This document shows positions 45,801-59,354 of a stretch of 64,000 nucleotides of DNA, piece after piece. A model generated the notes under the pieces. It ran no database searches, was not told where the DNA came from, and saw only the letters and a list, made by a program, of their open reading frames with translations. The DNA is taken from positions 11,284,001 to 11,348,000 of the forward strand of contig OX442314.1 of NCBI GenBank assembly GCA_949358305.1. The letters are read 5' to 3'. Each line of letters begins with the position of its first letter. Position 1 is the first letter of the stretch. This stretch comes from Strigamia acuminata (lineage: Eukaryota). The position numbers and the translations under genes are program-made.

Positions 45801-48800
45801 AACTAAAACAAACATTCACAAATATCTAAAAAGTCCATTTCGAACTCATTAAAACAGACTACCACCTTAGTTTCAGATTCCCTATCTACCAAACCCAAAC
45901 CTGTCGTCAAAACATCAACCTTTACCCTGAAGAAAGATACCCTTTATTTATCAACCACTTGATTCTGATAAATATCAATCCGAGTTACTCAAAATGAGTA
46001 ATTTAAAATTAATCGAAAGAAAAAAAGAAGAAAATAATCTTTATGGGTTGAGATTTCATACTAAAGGACTTTCCTTAGGTCACGATCGGAGTGGAAGTCG
46101 AACGACTTATTATCACATGACTAAAGCTCTTCCTTTTTCAATTGGTTTAACAGAAAGGAAGGCCTTTACATTTTTTCCCTTCACGCGAAGGGATGAAATG
46201 TATACGAACAAATTGCTCTAGCAGCAGGTGGCATGTGTATAGGTAACAACTAACGGAATCGTACGGCGGAAAATAAAATATCCGGGGACCGCGACTTGCA
46301 ACGTGAATTCTATTTACCAAAAAAAATTAATTGATAATTACTTGCAATTAATTTCGGATTTTACTATTTGGATTGACAGATGGAGAGCCATATTCGAATT
46401 TTGCAAGGTAACGGTTTTGAAAATGCGAAGCCGCCATTGTTTTGGGCGTGAGTGGTGGTTTGCGCTCGTTAGGGTTAGTTATGCTGATGCAAGCAAAATG
46501 GGAATTTTTACATTTTATGAGGGGTTTGTCGTGTGAGGAAAGAAAGTAGATAGGGAAATGTCGATAATTATGTAATTGTCTTATTTTTTACCTCGTTGGG
46601 TCGGTATTTTAATGAAATTTCGAAATAAAATGATAATTGTGGGAAAAGTTGTGGGAAAAAATTTGAATATTCATAGAAACTCAAAAAAATGTCTCAATTG
46701 TAAAAATATAGCATAAATGCTGTTGTTAGATCAGGAAATGGTTTTAGATCAAGGTTTTTCAATTGTGTAAAGTAAATTTTTTTTTTAAATGTATATTTTT
46801 ATTAGTTTGATCTTCCCATTTATTCCGCAAGCGAACTTACATAAGGTTTCTTTGCTGTGGATATAAATTTGTCTTTCTTTTACACATTTAAAAGCCATAA
46901 GAAGAAATATGATGACTCTGGGACTCCTTTTCTTGGTGTTTGATTTTTTTTTTTATTATTTAAATATCCAATTTTTTTTTTTTTTTTTGTGGAAAACATT
47001 TTTTATTACTTGAAATAAACAATATAGCATTTCCACTTTAAGACACTGTTTAGTTTTATCGAAAACTATTCAAACACACCACTTCTTTTCTTAACTCAAG
47101 GTCTTTTAAATATAGGAACAAAATCCGTTGAGGAAGTTATATTTTATATTTTATTTTTTTTTTTCATTTAATATTTTTAAAAATTTGTTTTATTTTATTA
47201 GTCGTAAATCAAATTGAAAAATCGAAATGAAAGCGGATTAAAAGGCGTTAATTCGAGGTTACATCTTAATTTGAGAAAACCTTTTTTAATTTTCACATTG
47301 GCGCCTTGATGGGATTGATAAGTGTCGTAACTTTTTTATTTATGGGCCATTTTTTAATGATTAAAAAGTACCGTGATTTAATAAATCACTTAAATTATTG
47401 GGTTAAAACCCTGTATTAAAAAATGATTAAATTTCTTTATTTTATTTTATTTTTTAGATGAGAGAGAAACAGTTCAGAAGAAAACATTCACCAAATGGGT
47501 TAATTCACATCTAGTGCGAGTATCATGCCGCATTACAGACTTGTACACAGACCTCAGAGACGGGAAAATGCTTATAAAGCTTTTGGAGGTTCTGTCAGGA
47601 GAGAGATTGGTGAGAGAAAATATAAAAAAAAAAAATTTTAAAAAAATTTAAAATAATTTATTTATTTATTTGAATAGCCACGTCCAACGAAAGGAAAGAT
47701 GCGCATTCATTGTTTAGAGAATGTGGACAAGGCTTTGCAGTTCCTTAAAGATCAACGTGTTCATTTAGAAAACATGGGCTCTCACGATATAGTGGATGGA
47801 AATTCACGTCTTACTTTAGGGCTGATTTGGACCATCATTCTGCGTTTCCAGGTTATATTAGCATCGATTTTAAGTTTAGTTTGTGGAAAGAAATTAATTT
47901 TTATTTTTTTAAAATTAGATTCAAGACATTACGATAGAGGAAACCGATAATCAAGAAACAAAATCAGCTAAAGATGCTCTTTTATTGTGGTGCCAGATGA
48001 AGACTGCCGGTTATAATAACGTGAATATTCGAAATTTCACCACGAGTTGGCGAGATGGGTTGGCATTTAATGCGATTATTCATAAACATAGGTAAGTTGA
48101 TGCGCGAATCGATTTAATTTGATGTTTTTATTAAAAAATGAATTTTTTTTGGCAATTTTAGACCCGATCTCATTCAATACGACAAATTATCTAAATCCAA
48201 TGCCATTTACAACTTAAATAATTCGTTCAATGTGGCCGAACAAAAGTTTGGACTGACGAAATTGCTCGACGCTGAAGACGTGTTTGTGGAGAATCCGGAT
48301 GAAAAATCGATTATCACTTACGTCGTCACCTATTATCATTACTTTTCGAAAATGAAGGCCGAATCTGTGCAGGGAAAACGAATTGGAAAAGTGAGATATT
48401 GATATAAATGTGATTAACAAGTTGTGAAAATTGTTTTTGTGCATTTAGGTGGTCGGAAATGCAATGGAAAACGACCGAATGATTCAAGAATACGAAAAAC
48501 TCACTTCAGATCTCCTCAGATGGATCGAAAACACCATCATTTCCCTGTCAGACAGACGATTTGCTAATTCCTTGACTGGAGTTCAACAACAACTGTCTGC
48601 ATTTAATACTTACCGCACGGTGGAGAAACCGCCGAAGTAAAAATTTCCGCTATTTTTTTACGTTTTATTTGCTAATGAATGTTATTTTTTCCATAGGTTT
48701 GTCGAGAAAGGAAATTTAGAAGTTTTGTTATTCACACTACAAAGCAAAATGCGAGCTAATAATCAGAAGCCTTATTTCCCCAAAGAAGGTAAAATGATTT

Positions 48801-51800
48801 CGGACATCAACAAAGCATGGGAATATCTAGAAAAGGCCGAACACGAACGCGAACTTGCTCTGAGAGAAGAACTTATCAGGTTAATTTGGATTTAAATTAA
48901 TTTTTAATCGATTTTTAATCGATTTTTTTTTCTAGGCAAGAGAAACTCGAGCAATTGGCACATCGTTTCGACCGCAAAGCGGGCATGAGAGAGACCTGGT
49001 TGAGCGAGAATCAACGTCTTGTCGCTCAAGACAACTTCGGATTCGATTTGGCGTCGGTGGAAGCCGCCACGAAGAAGCACGAAGCCATCGAAACCGACAT
49101 CTATGCGTACGAAGAACGAGTTCAAGCTGTGGTGGCCGTAGCGCAGGAATTGGAAGCCGAAAATTACCACGATATCGAACGAATTACCGCGAGGTAACTA
49201 ATACGAGCGACCGAAAAAGGAATTAAGATTTAAAATTGAATTTAAAAAATTGCAGAAAGGACAACGTTCTTCGCTTGTGGAACTACTTGTTGGAGCTCTT
49301 GCGGGCTCGAAGAATGAGACTTGAGCTGTCAATGCAGCTCCAGCAAAACTTCCAAGAAATGATTTATATCTTAGATTCGATGGAAGAGCTAAAGGTCCGG
49401 CTGTTGTCGGAAGACTACGGCAAGCACCTGATGGGGGTGGAAGACTTGTTGCAGAAACATAGTCTGGTTGAGGCTGATATCAACGTTTTAGGCGAAAGAG
49501 TGAAGACTGTTGTCCAACATTCGCAGAGGTTCATCGACGAATCACCGATCGAGGGTATGATTTTATGTTTGTTTGAGTGAATTTTGAAATGTTGACATTT
49601 TTTGGTTGTAGGTTTCCGCCCTTGCGATCCCGAGATCGTGATAGAACGAGTGCAGCAGTTGGAGACTGCGTACGCCGAGTTGGTGCAGTTGGCCGTGGAA
49701 AGACGCGCGCGATTGGAGGATTCGCGTCGTCTGTGGCAGTTTTACTGGGACATGGCCGAGGAAGAGGCGTACATCAAAGAGAAGGAGCAGATTATGTCCA
49801 CCAACGACATCGGACACGATCTTACAACCGTCCATTTATTACTCGGCAAACACAAGGCCATGGAGGATGAATTGCAGGTCCACGAACAGCAATTGCAGGG
49901 CGTTCTGCAGGTCGGCCAGGATCTGATTAACCAGCGACATTTCGGCTCGGATAAAATACAGGAACGGTTGAACGAAATCGTTTACATGTGGCAGCATCTT
50001 ACCGAGTTGGCTGCGTATCGCAAGAAAAGGCTTCTCGAGGCCGTCGATTATCATCAAGTATTGATTAAATTGAATATTTGGTTTTTTTAATTTTTTAATT
50101 TTAATTTTTTTTTTTTACAGTTTTTCGCTGATGCGGACGACGTGGACACATGGATGCTCGATGTGTTGCGTTTGGTGTCCAGCGAAGATGTCGGACGAGA
50201 CGAGGCGAACGTACAATCGTTGTTGAAGAAGCACAAGGACGTGACTGACGAATTGAAGAATTATTCGAGCACGATCGAAGCGTTGCATCAACAGGCAGCG
50301 GCTTTGGGCGAACAAGTGATTAATATTTTTTTTTGTTTTATTTTTTTTGTTTGTTTATTTGATTGATTTGTTAGGATCGGGAAGCGCCGGACGTGCTGGA
50401 ACGAATTGCCAGCATCGACAGACGATACAAAGAGTTGCTGGAATTAGCCAAACTGCGTAAACAGCGATTGCTCGACGCGTTGTCGCTGTATAAATTGTTC
50501 AACGAAGCTGATGGAGTTGAACAGTGGATCGAAGAGAAGGACAAGATGCTGCAGACGATGGTTACCGGCAAGGAAATCGAAGATGTGGAGGTGATGAGAC
50601 ATCGTTACGAAGGATTCGAGCAGGAAATGAACGCAAATGCGTCTCGTGTTGCTGTCGTTAACCAACTTGCGAGACAGCTTTTGACCGTGGAACATCCGAA
50701 TTCGGAAGATATTCACGCGAGACAGGAACAACTTAATCAGAGGTTTTTAAATTGAAAAATTGGAAAAAAGTTGGATTTATTTATTTAATTCTTTCGATTC
50801 CAGGTGGGCTAAATTGCGCGACCAAGCCGAGCAGAAGAAAGATGGGCTCAACAACGCTCACAATTTGCAAACATTCCACATCGAATGTCGCGAGACAATC
50901 ACGTGGATCGAAGAAAAGACACGACTTTTGCAGTCCACCGAGGAGCTCGGTACCGATCTTACCGGCGTGATGACCTTGCAACGACGCCTGAGCGGAATGG
51001 AACGCGATTTGGCGGCCATTCAAGCGAAGTTGGACGCTTTGGAACAGGAAGCTGAACGCATGCAGGACGAACATCCCGAAGAAGCGGCACTCATTCGTCA
51101 ACGCATCACGCAAATTCGCGCCGTCTGGGATCAACTTACGCAATTGGTGCTGATTTCATGAGAATTTCTGATTTTTCGGGAAGTTTTTTTTTTTAATTAA
51201 TTTTTATTGCAGCTTAAAGATCGTGATGCTAAATTGGAGGAAGCCGGAGATCTTCATCGCTTCCTGCGGGATTTGGATCATTTCCAAGCGTGGCTGACCA
51301 AAACTCAGACGGATATCGCGTCTGAAGACATCCCCTCTAGTTTAGCCGAAGCCGAGAAACTCCTCAATCAACATCAAGCCATCAAAGAAGAAATCGATAA
51401 TTACACGGAGGATTACAACAAGATGATGGAATACGGCGAACGCATCACTCAAGACCAAACCGATCCCCAGTACATGTTTTTGAGAGAGGTACGGTTAAGA
51501 AATAATGTTTTGTTGATTGTTTAACTGTTTTATTGATTTGTTTAGCGATTGAGGGCTTTGAAAGATGGCTGGGAAGAATTGCATCAAATGTGGGAGAACA
51601 GACAACAACTGTTGTCGCAAAATCTTTACTTACAAACCTTCTTGCGCGATGGAAAACAAGCTGAAGTTTTGCTTAACCAACAAGAGCATCACTTGTCGAA
51701 GGATGAAACTCCTGTGAGTTTGTTTTGAGGGTTTTTGTGTGTTTTTTGCTGATTGTTTGAATTGTTTTTGATGAAATAGACCAACTTGGAGCAGGCTGAA

Positions 51801-54800
51801 AGCTTGATTAAGCGCCACGAAGCGTTTTTGACCACTATGGAGGCTAATGATGATAAAATTAATGCCGTCATTCAACTTGCCCAGCGTTTGTGCGATGACG
51901 GTCACTTTGCTGCCGACAAAATTCAAAAGAAAGCGGAGAATATTCACGACAGGAGAAATGCCAATCGCGACAAAGCGAACCAACAGATCGTCAAACTGCG
52001 AGATTTATTGCAGTTGCATCAATTCTTACAAGATTGCGACGAAGTAAAAAATTAAAAAATATATATATATTTTTTAATTTATTTTTTAATTAAAATATTA
52101 ATTTTTTTTAGCTCGGAGAATGGGTTCAGGAAAAAAATATCATCGCTCAAGATGACACTTATCGAAGTGCTAAAACTATCCATAGCAAATGGACTCGTCA
52201 TCAAGCATTCGAAGCAGAAATCGCATCAAACAAAGATCGGCTATACAGGATTGATGAGGTACGTTGACGAAATATTGAAGAAAAAAATGATTTAATAATT
52301 ATTTTTGTTTGAATTGTGCAGGCGGGCAGACAATTGATGAATGAGAAACCCGAATTCAAATCGGTAATCGAGCCACGATTGAGTGAAATCACTCATCAAT
52401 TCGAAGTAATGGAGACTACAACTCAAGAAAAAGGACAGCAATTGTTCGACGCCAACCGTCAAGTGCTGTATGAGCAGACATGCGATGACATAGATGGCTG
52501 GATTACTGAACTGGAGAGTCAAGTGCTAACTTCCGAGACGGGTCAAGATTTGACCAGTGTCACCCTGTTGATGCAGAAACAGCACCAGATCGAAACACAA
52601 ATGTCGACGAAGGCTAGACAGGTGGTCGAATTGCAGGGGCAAGCCGACTTTTTGCAGCGGATGGAACCCGAGAAAACCGACGAAATTATGACGCGAAAAG
52701 TGGTCGTCGAGGACCGGTTCGAGAAGCTCAAGGCGCCGCTCGAAGCGCGCAAGGCGCAACTGGAAAAGAAGAAGGAAGCCTATCAATTCCGCCGAGATGT
52801 CGAAGACGAGCTGCTGTGGATCGCGGAAAAAATGCCGTTGGCCACGTCGACGGAGTGCGGAAATAGTCTCTATGGAGTTCAGCTTCTGCAGAAGAAGAAT
52901 CAAGTAATTAAAATTGATGGAAATTAGAAAAATCGATGTGATTAATAATTTTTTTATTTTTTAGTCACTGCGTACAGAAATTGATAATCACGAACCACGC
53001 ATTGATCTGATTTGTGACAACGGGCGGAAATTGATCGACGAGGGTCATGTGGATTCGAGCGAATTCCAAGATTTAATCGACATGTTACTCGCTCGCTGGC
53101 AGGAGCTGAAGGATGCCATGGACACGAGGAAAGAGAAATTGATGGAATCGGAACGTGCTCAACAAGTGAGAGCGAATTTAATTATTTTCGTAGTTTGTTT
53201 AAAGCGGGAGGGAAATTTGGAGTTGATTTTATTTATTTTATACAAAAAAAAAAATATTTTTTAATAAAGTGTTTAGGAATTTGTTTTTCGGGCGAGTTGA
53301 GATTGAGACCACCACCACTTGCACGCCTAGTGTCTGTGTGTCTTGTCTAAATTTAGAAGTGCGCCGTAAATAAATTGTTGGAAGTGCATTTTCAGCAGCG
53401 CTTTTACTCCGGGGGATTGGCCTCAATTTTGGCCTCGGTTTTCTCGAGTTTTTCCATCGATAATATGAAAATTGTTAAGTAATTTTTGGGGAAAAATGGG
53501 TTTTCTAATGGGGGTTTTGTAATTTTGGGTGGATTTTTAATAGAAAAAAGAAGTGACGTGTAGGGGATCGGGTGTCGGCCTTGAAATAGCCACTTTTTAA
53601 ATGAATCTTGCATTTATTTTGAGAACAGTGCAAGTTGTTGAGGTTTAAATTGTTAGTCAAAGTGGTTTTTTGATATTATTTAATAAGAAAATGTTTTTTT
53701 TTTCCTTTTTTAAATAGTATTACTTCGATGCCTCAGAGGCCGAGGCTTGGATGAGCGAGCAAGAACTGTACATGATGGTGGAAGACAGAGGCAAAGATGA
53801 ATTCAGTGCACAGAACATGATGAAGAAACACCAGGTGTTGGAAAACGCGGTTGAAGATTACGCTGATGTTGTTCGACAGTTGGGAGAATCAGCTAAGGAG
53901 CTGATTACGGATGGACATCATGATGGGTATTGATTTAATTGGTTGGTAAATTAATGGATTTAGTTTGTTTTAATTTTTATTTTTAATTATACAGTGAACA
54001 AATAGCTGTGCGACAATCGCAAGTGGATAAATTGTACGCCGGACTGAAGGATCTGGCTTTGGAACGAAGAGGCAAATTGGACGAAGCTCTGAAATTGTTC
54101 ATGCTCAACCGTGAGGTCGATGATCTTGAACAATGGATTGCAGAACGTGAAGTCGTTGCGGGCTCTCACGAACTTGGCCAAGATTACGAACATGTTTCTG
54201 TAAGATGTTATTTCAAACTTAAAAAATGGCTGAAATTTTTCTGATTTATCGCGATTTTTGCATGAAACTTCAGTTATTTGTAGCAAAACTCGTAATTTTT
54301 GCATGAAATTGCAGTAATTTGTAGCAAAACTCGTAATTTTTGCATGAAATTGCAGTAATTTGTAGCAAAACTCGTAATTTTTGCATGAAATTGCAGTAAT
54401 TTGTAGCAATACTCGCGTGTAATTGCGATAGATTGTGTTTTTTTTTACGATGTGACGATAACACAATGCTAATTTTGTTGTTATTGTTTTTGGTAGATGT
54501 TACGTGAACGATTTAAACAGTTTGCAAGCGATACACACAATATCGGCTCGGAACGTGTATCAGCAGTCAACGAGATCGCCGATCAACTGATCGCTGCAGG
54601 TCATTCGGACGCCGCTACTATTGCCGAATGGAAAGACGGATTGAACGAAGCGTGGGCAGATTTAGGAGAATTGATCGACACGAGGAAACAAATGCTGGCT
54701 GCGTCGTGGGAATTGCACAAATTCTTCCACGACTGCAAGGACGTTTTGGGAAGAATTTTCGTAATGATTTTTGGGTTGTTAATTTTACGTTTTTTTTGCT

Positions 54801-57800
54801 TAAATCGTTTTGAATATTTTCTAGGAAAAACAAAACGCATTGTCGGATGAATTGGGTAGAGATGCGGGCAGTGTGAGTGCATTGCAGAGAAAACACACAA
54901 ATTTCGAGCACGATTTGCAGACATTAGGATCACAGGTAAAAAAGAAGATGAGAAATTTGAATTTTTTTGAGTGTTTATGTGTGGATTTTTTGGGTGTTTA
55001 GGTCCAGCAAATTCAGGAAGACTCGGGAAAATTGCAAGCTGCTTACGCTGGCGATAGGGCCCGTGAGATCATTGGGCGTGAAGGCGAAGTAGTGACGGCG
55101 TGGATGAACTTGCAGAAGAAGTGCGATGCTCGCCGATTCAAGCTGGCCGACACCGGCGATCTTTGTAAATTCTTCAACATGGTGCGTACGCTCATGTTGT
55201 GGATGGACGATATTATTCGTCAGATGAATACCAGTGAAAAACCCAGGTGACATTTATTTAAAATTAAATTTTAAGTTTTTTTTTTTAATATTTATATTTT
55301 TTTGTGTTTTGTAGGGATGTGTCTGGAGTTGAGCTGCTGATGAACAACCATCAAAGTCTTAAGGCCGAAATTGATGCCCGTGAAGACAACTTCACCGCCT
55401 GCTTCAATTTGGGCAAAGAACTCCTCGCTCGTAGCCATTATGCGAGCAACGAGGTCGGTTTGAAGCGAAATATTATGAGTGTTCGAGTTGAAATAATTTT
55501 TTTTTTTACTTTTGTTGAATTTTTTTAGATCAAGGAGAAATTGTTGGTGCTGACCAACCAACGCAATGGCATGCTGCACAGATGGGGCGAGAGATGGGAA
55601 CATCTCCAACTTAGTAAATTGATATGCAATTAATACATCTAGGGTTGCCAAGCGTCCCCAAAATTACATTCTGGGTAGAAATTGAAATAATTTGCATTTT
55701 TTGACCGAAAAATTGAAATAATTTGCATTTTTGGATCAAAAAATTAAAATAATTTGCATTTTTGGACCAAAAAATTGAAATACTAAGTTCAATTTACAAT
55801 GCTGAATCTTTTCTTGGCAATCCTTATAATGAAACCCTTGAGAAAACGTTGCTAATTTCACTTTGTTGCGTAGTTCTCGAAGTTTACCAGTTCGCCCGCG
55901 ACGCAGCAGTTGCCGAGGCCTGGCTGGTGGCGCAGGAACCATATCTGCTAAGTCAAGAACTTGGAGTAAATTTAAAAATATAATAATAATAATTTCTTGA
56001 TTTTTAACTTTAATTCTTGCCATTTAATTAGCATACGATCGATGAGGTTGAAAATCTCATCAAAAAACACGAAGCTTTCGAAAAATCAGCGACAGCGCAG
56101 GAAGAACGATTTGCTGCTCTCGAACGATTAACAACGGTAACGAATTAATTAATCAAACTATTTCAACTCCCTCTTCCATTTCTTCCTTTCTGTTTTTAAT
56201 TTATTTTAATTATTTTTGGATTTATCGCTTAATTTTTTTCCAATTTGCGACTCAAGCTTGAGCTAAGGCTTCAAGAAGAACACGTTTTAGGTGCGGAAAG
56301 GATGCGCCACGCTGAGCCGTATCGTCCTTCGGCTTTCGTCGAAGAACCGGTGATTTGATTGCATCCGAACGGAAACTAACCATTTGACAATTGTTTCTAG
56401 ATTGAATAGGCCTAGACGATAACTGCATGTTTCCATGTCTCAGAGTGTTTTCACCAAAGATTAATCAACTAACTGATGCTGGAATGATTCCAAACGATTG
56501 TTTATATCGATTTTTATCTTTTTTTTTAAATAGTACGAGTTGAAGGAGATGAGAAAACGTCAGGAAGAGGAGGAGGAGAGAGTGAGACGCGAAGAAGCGG
56601 CTAAAATCGCCAAAGCAACGCCCCCTGCATCGCCGGCGAAGAGTCCCACCGAGAGGTTTTGTTTCTATTGAAAAATGTCGGGGAGATTTATTTATTTTGT
56701 TTTAATTTAGGGAGCGCGAACCACGACCACCTTCCGGTCTGGCATTAAATGGGGATCGAGAACATGCGGAACAAGAAGGTAAAATGAAGTTCTCACGTGA
56801 TTTTGTGAGATTTTTTTTTTTTAGGTTTTTTTTCGTGTGTTTTTAATTTTTCGGTGCCCATTTTTGGTATTTGGTATTTGGGCGAGGTTTGAGGTTTATG
56901 GGTGATGGTAATTCACTTCTAACGTGGTTTAGCGGTTAATTTGAACTAAAAATGAGTGTTTGTTTTATTTAATGTCAAGTTGCATGATAATTTAATAATT
57001 TTTAATCCTGCTTGTTGCATGTTGCATGTTGTATTAGTTTTTTTTTCTTTTTTCCTTAATTACACTTAGTTTTTACCCGTTCATCGTCACAAAGTGGTTC
57101 CGACTCACATGTTCAACTAAGAAAAGGTAACATTTGGTTTGGGACGTTGGGTTTTAGCGATGATAATAATTTTGGTGACGGCGCTTTATTTATTTATTTA
57201 TTTTTAAAAAAAAGAAAAAATGTTTGAAATTTTAATTGATTAAATAAATTCTACAGAGGACGAACAACGAGGTCAACGACATGCTAAATCCGCACCTGGC
57301 AGTAAGTACTGTTCACTAAAAAACCAAAATGGTGACGTTAGAATAGTTTAATTTTTAAATATTTAATAATTTGGGTGCGACTTTGCGCATTGCATTAAAA
57401 GCGTTAATTTTGAATTTCGTCGCTGGGGAATGAAAAGAATGGCGGTTATTTGTTTGTTGTGGGCGAATAAAAATGAATGCGCAATGTACGAATACTCTTG
57501 GACGGGGTAAACTTAACCTTCCTGGTTCCTACTAACAATTTTATCTATTTTATTTTTTAATTAATCGATTTACTTTTGTTTTATAGTAATTCTTCATGTC
57601 ATTAATTTTAAAAAAAATAATTCATTTCTACACAATTTTTACATTTTTTGTCACTTTGTTTTGTGATATTGTTCCTTTTTCTGCTTCTCTTTTCCTTTTT
57701 CGGCTTGGGATCAACTAATTTCTCTATGGTGAACAGTACTTTACGTTTTTTCTTGGTGTTTTGTCATTTTTAGCGAGATAATTTGGTGTAAATATCAGGG

Positions 57801-59354
57801 CCGGATTAATGGCGACCTTAAGGGGGTAACACAGAAAATGCAATTTTTTCAGTTCAAAATGAATTTATTTCTTTTAAAAATGCATTTTTTTATGTGCGAA
57901 AGCATTTATTATTTGCTTGAAAATATTGTGAAGATGTCATAAATATTCAAAGCCGTAATCCGGCCCTGGTGAATATGTAAAATGGTGAGTACATGTCGGT
58001 AGGTCGCTTTCCGGGTCGGTGATAGATATAAAATTGAAAAAAGCATGATAGAAGAAGGTGGGTAAATTCAATAGTCCTCCATTTGTGCGAATGATTCGTC
58101 TTGTAATGTTTTCTTTTGTGTTTAGTTTCTTTTGTAGGTTCCATCCACAACTTTTATTTATGTTTCTATTGCACGTTTAAAACGAATAATTGTTTTTTCA
58201 ATCACTTTCTCTGACTGTCCTGTGGATGGGACGTTTGTTTTGATCGTTTTTATCGTTGTGTTCGTGTTTTAACAAAAAAACAAACACCTCACTAAGTAGT
58301 AAGTAGTTATACACTTGGCTGAATGTGAAAAATCTGCTTGAAATCAGCCCCGGCAGCGGACAAAGATCGCAAGAAATCCCGATCCCGATCCAAGTCCCCT
58401 TTCCGAAGTTTCCGTTGGCCTAAAAGGAAGTCGCAACAAGCGGAGGATGAGGAAGATTTTGCGGCTGCAGGTATTACAATTAACGGGCGGTGAATTGAAT
58501 TGAATTAAAAGGGTTTAAGGTGATGAATTTCAGGTGACATTGTGCAAATATTTTTATTTAATTGTGGTATTTTTTTTTTGTTTTTTTTAATTTTTTAAAT
58601 ATTTTAATATTAATTTCTTTTTTAAAATATAGAACGACCCAGTCCAGGCGGTGGTGGGGACGAAGAGGCAACTGAAGCGGTTTTCCATCGTAAACACGAT
58701 TGGGAATCGCTAGACAAAAAAGCGACCCATCGGTAAATGATTTGAGGTGGTTATGCGAGTTGAAATTTAAAATTTTAATTTTTTTTTTTTTTTAGGTCTT
58801 GGGATAAATTGTATTGTGTATTGAAAGGAAATGCGCTATATTTTTATAAGGATCAAAAACATTATAAACAAGTGAGTTAGGGTGGCGAATTTATTGATGA
58901 ATGGAAATTTAAGGTTTTTTTTTTTTTAAATTAGGATCCCGAGAATTACATACGAAATGAGAGATTTGAGTTGGCCGGCGGTTCTGCCGAAGTGGCACCA
59001 CACACAAAACGGAAATTCGTTTTTAGAATAAGGTAGAAAGGAGTTTTTGTTTGGTTTTTAAAAATTTATGTCGTTTTATTTGGTTTTAGACTATCAAATG
59101 GTGCGGAATTTTTGTTGGCAGCAAAGGATGACGTAAGAGATTAATTAATATTAATTATTTCCGTTTTAGAATTAATTTTTTTTTTTTTTTTGTAGGAGGA
59201 AATGAATTTGTGGGTACAGAAAGTTGCTTCTGCGTCTGGCGATGCCGAAGGATCAGCGGGACCGTCACGAGCACAAACACTTCCGGCCAAGGCGGATTCG
59301 GAAAAGAAGGAAGAGCATAAACGTCGAGGATTCTTTACACTGAAGAAGAAATAA
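42855..59354 (+). CDS. beta-Spec: Spectrin beta chain (CH-CH actin-binding domain, spectrin repeats, PH domain), multi-exon
   Basis: [10 protein letters not shown]...[33 protein letters not shown]; many spectrin repeats; [15 protein letters not shown] exons; C-terminus [11 protein letters not shown]; first coding intron 42976-47457. Confidence 0.97.
43230..43560. repeat. Degenerate ~21-bp AT-rich tandem repeat in an intron
   Basis: Recurrent AAAATGCATTTTT / AAAATACATTTTT units. Confidence 0.55.
45270..45672. repeat. 21-bp minisatellite (AATGATGAATTTTGGTTAGAA)n
   Basis: About 18 tandem units; explains the repetitive ORFs in several frames. Confidence 0.95.
54255..54415. repeat. 41-bp intronic tandem repeat (~4 copies)
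   Basis: GCATGAAATTGCAGTAATTTGTAGCAAAACTCGTAATTTTT repeated. Confidence 0.9.
55640..55827. mobile_element. Degenerate hAT-like MITE in an intron
   Basis: TAGGGTTGCCAAG ... CTTGGCAATCCTTA; internal ~30-bp repeats; TSD not clear. Confidence 0.45.
57796..57968. mobile_element. hAT-like MITE (173 bp) in an intron
   Basis: TIR CAGGGCCGGATTA / TAATCCGGCCCTG; 8-bp TSD GTAAATAT / GTGAATAT. Confidence 0.85.

Noticed and set aside
53987..54466. Minus-strand repetitive ORFs
   Set aside because: Products of the 41-bp intronic tandem repeat and antisense to a spectrin exon
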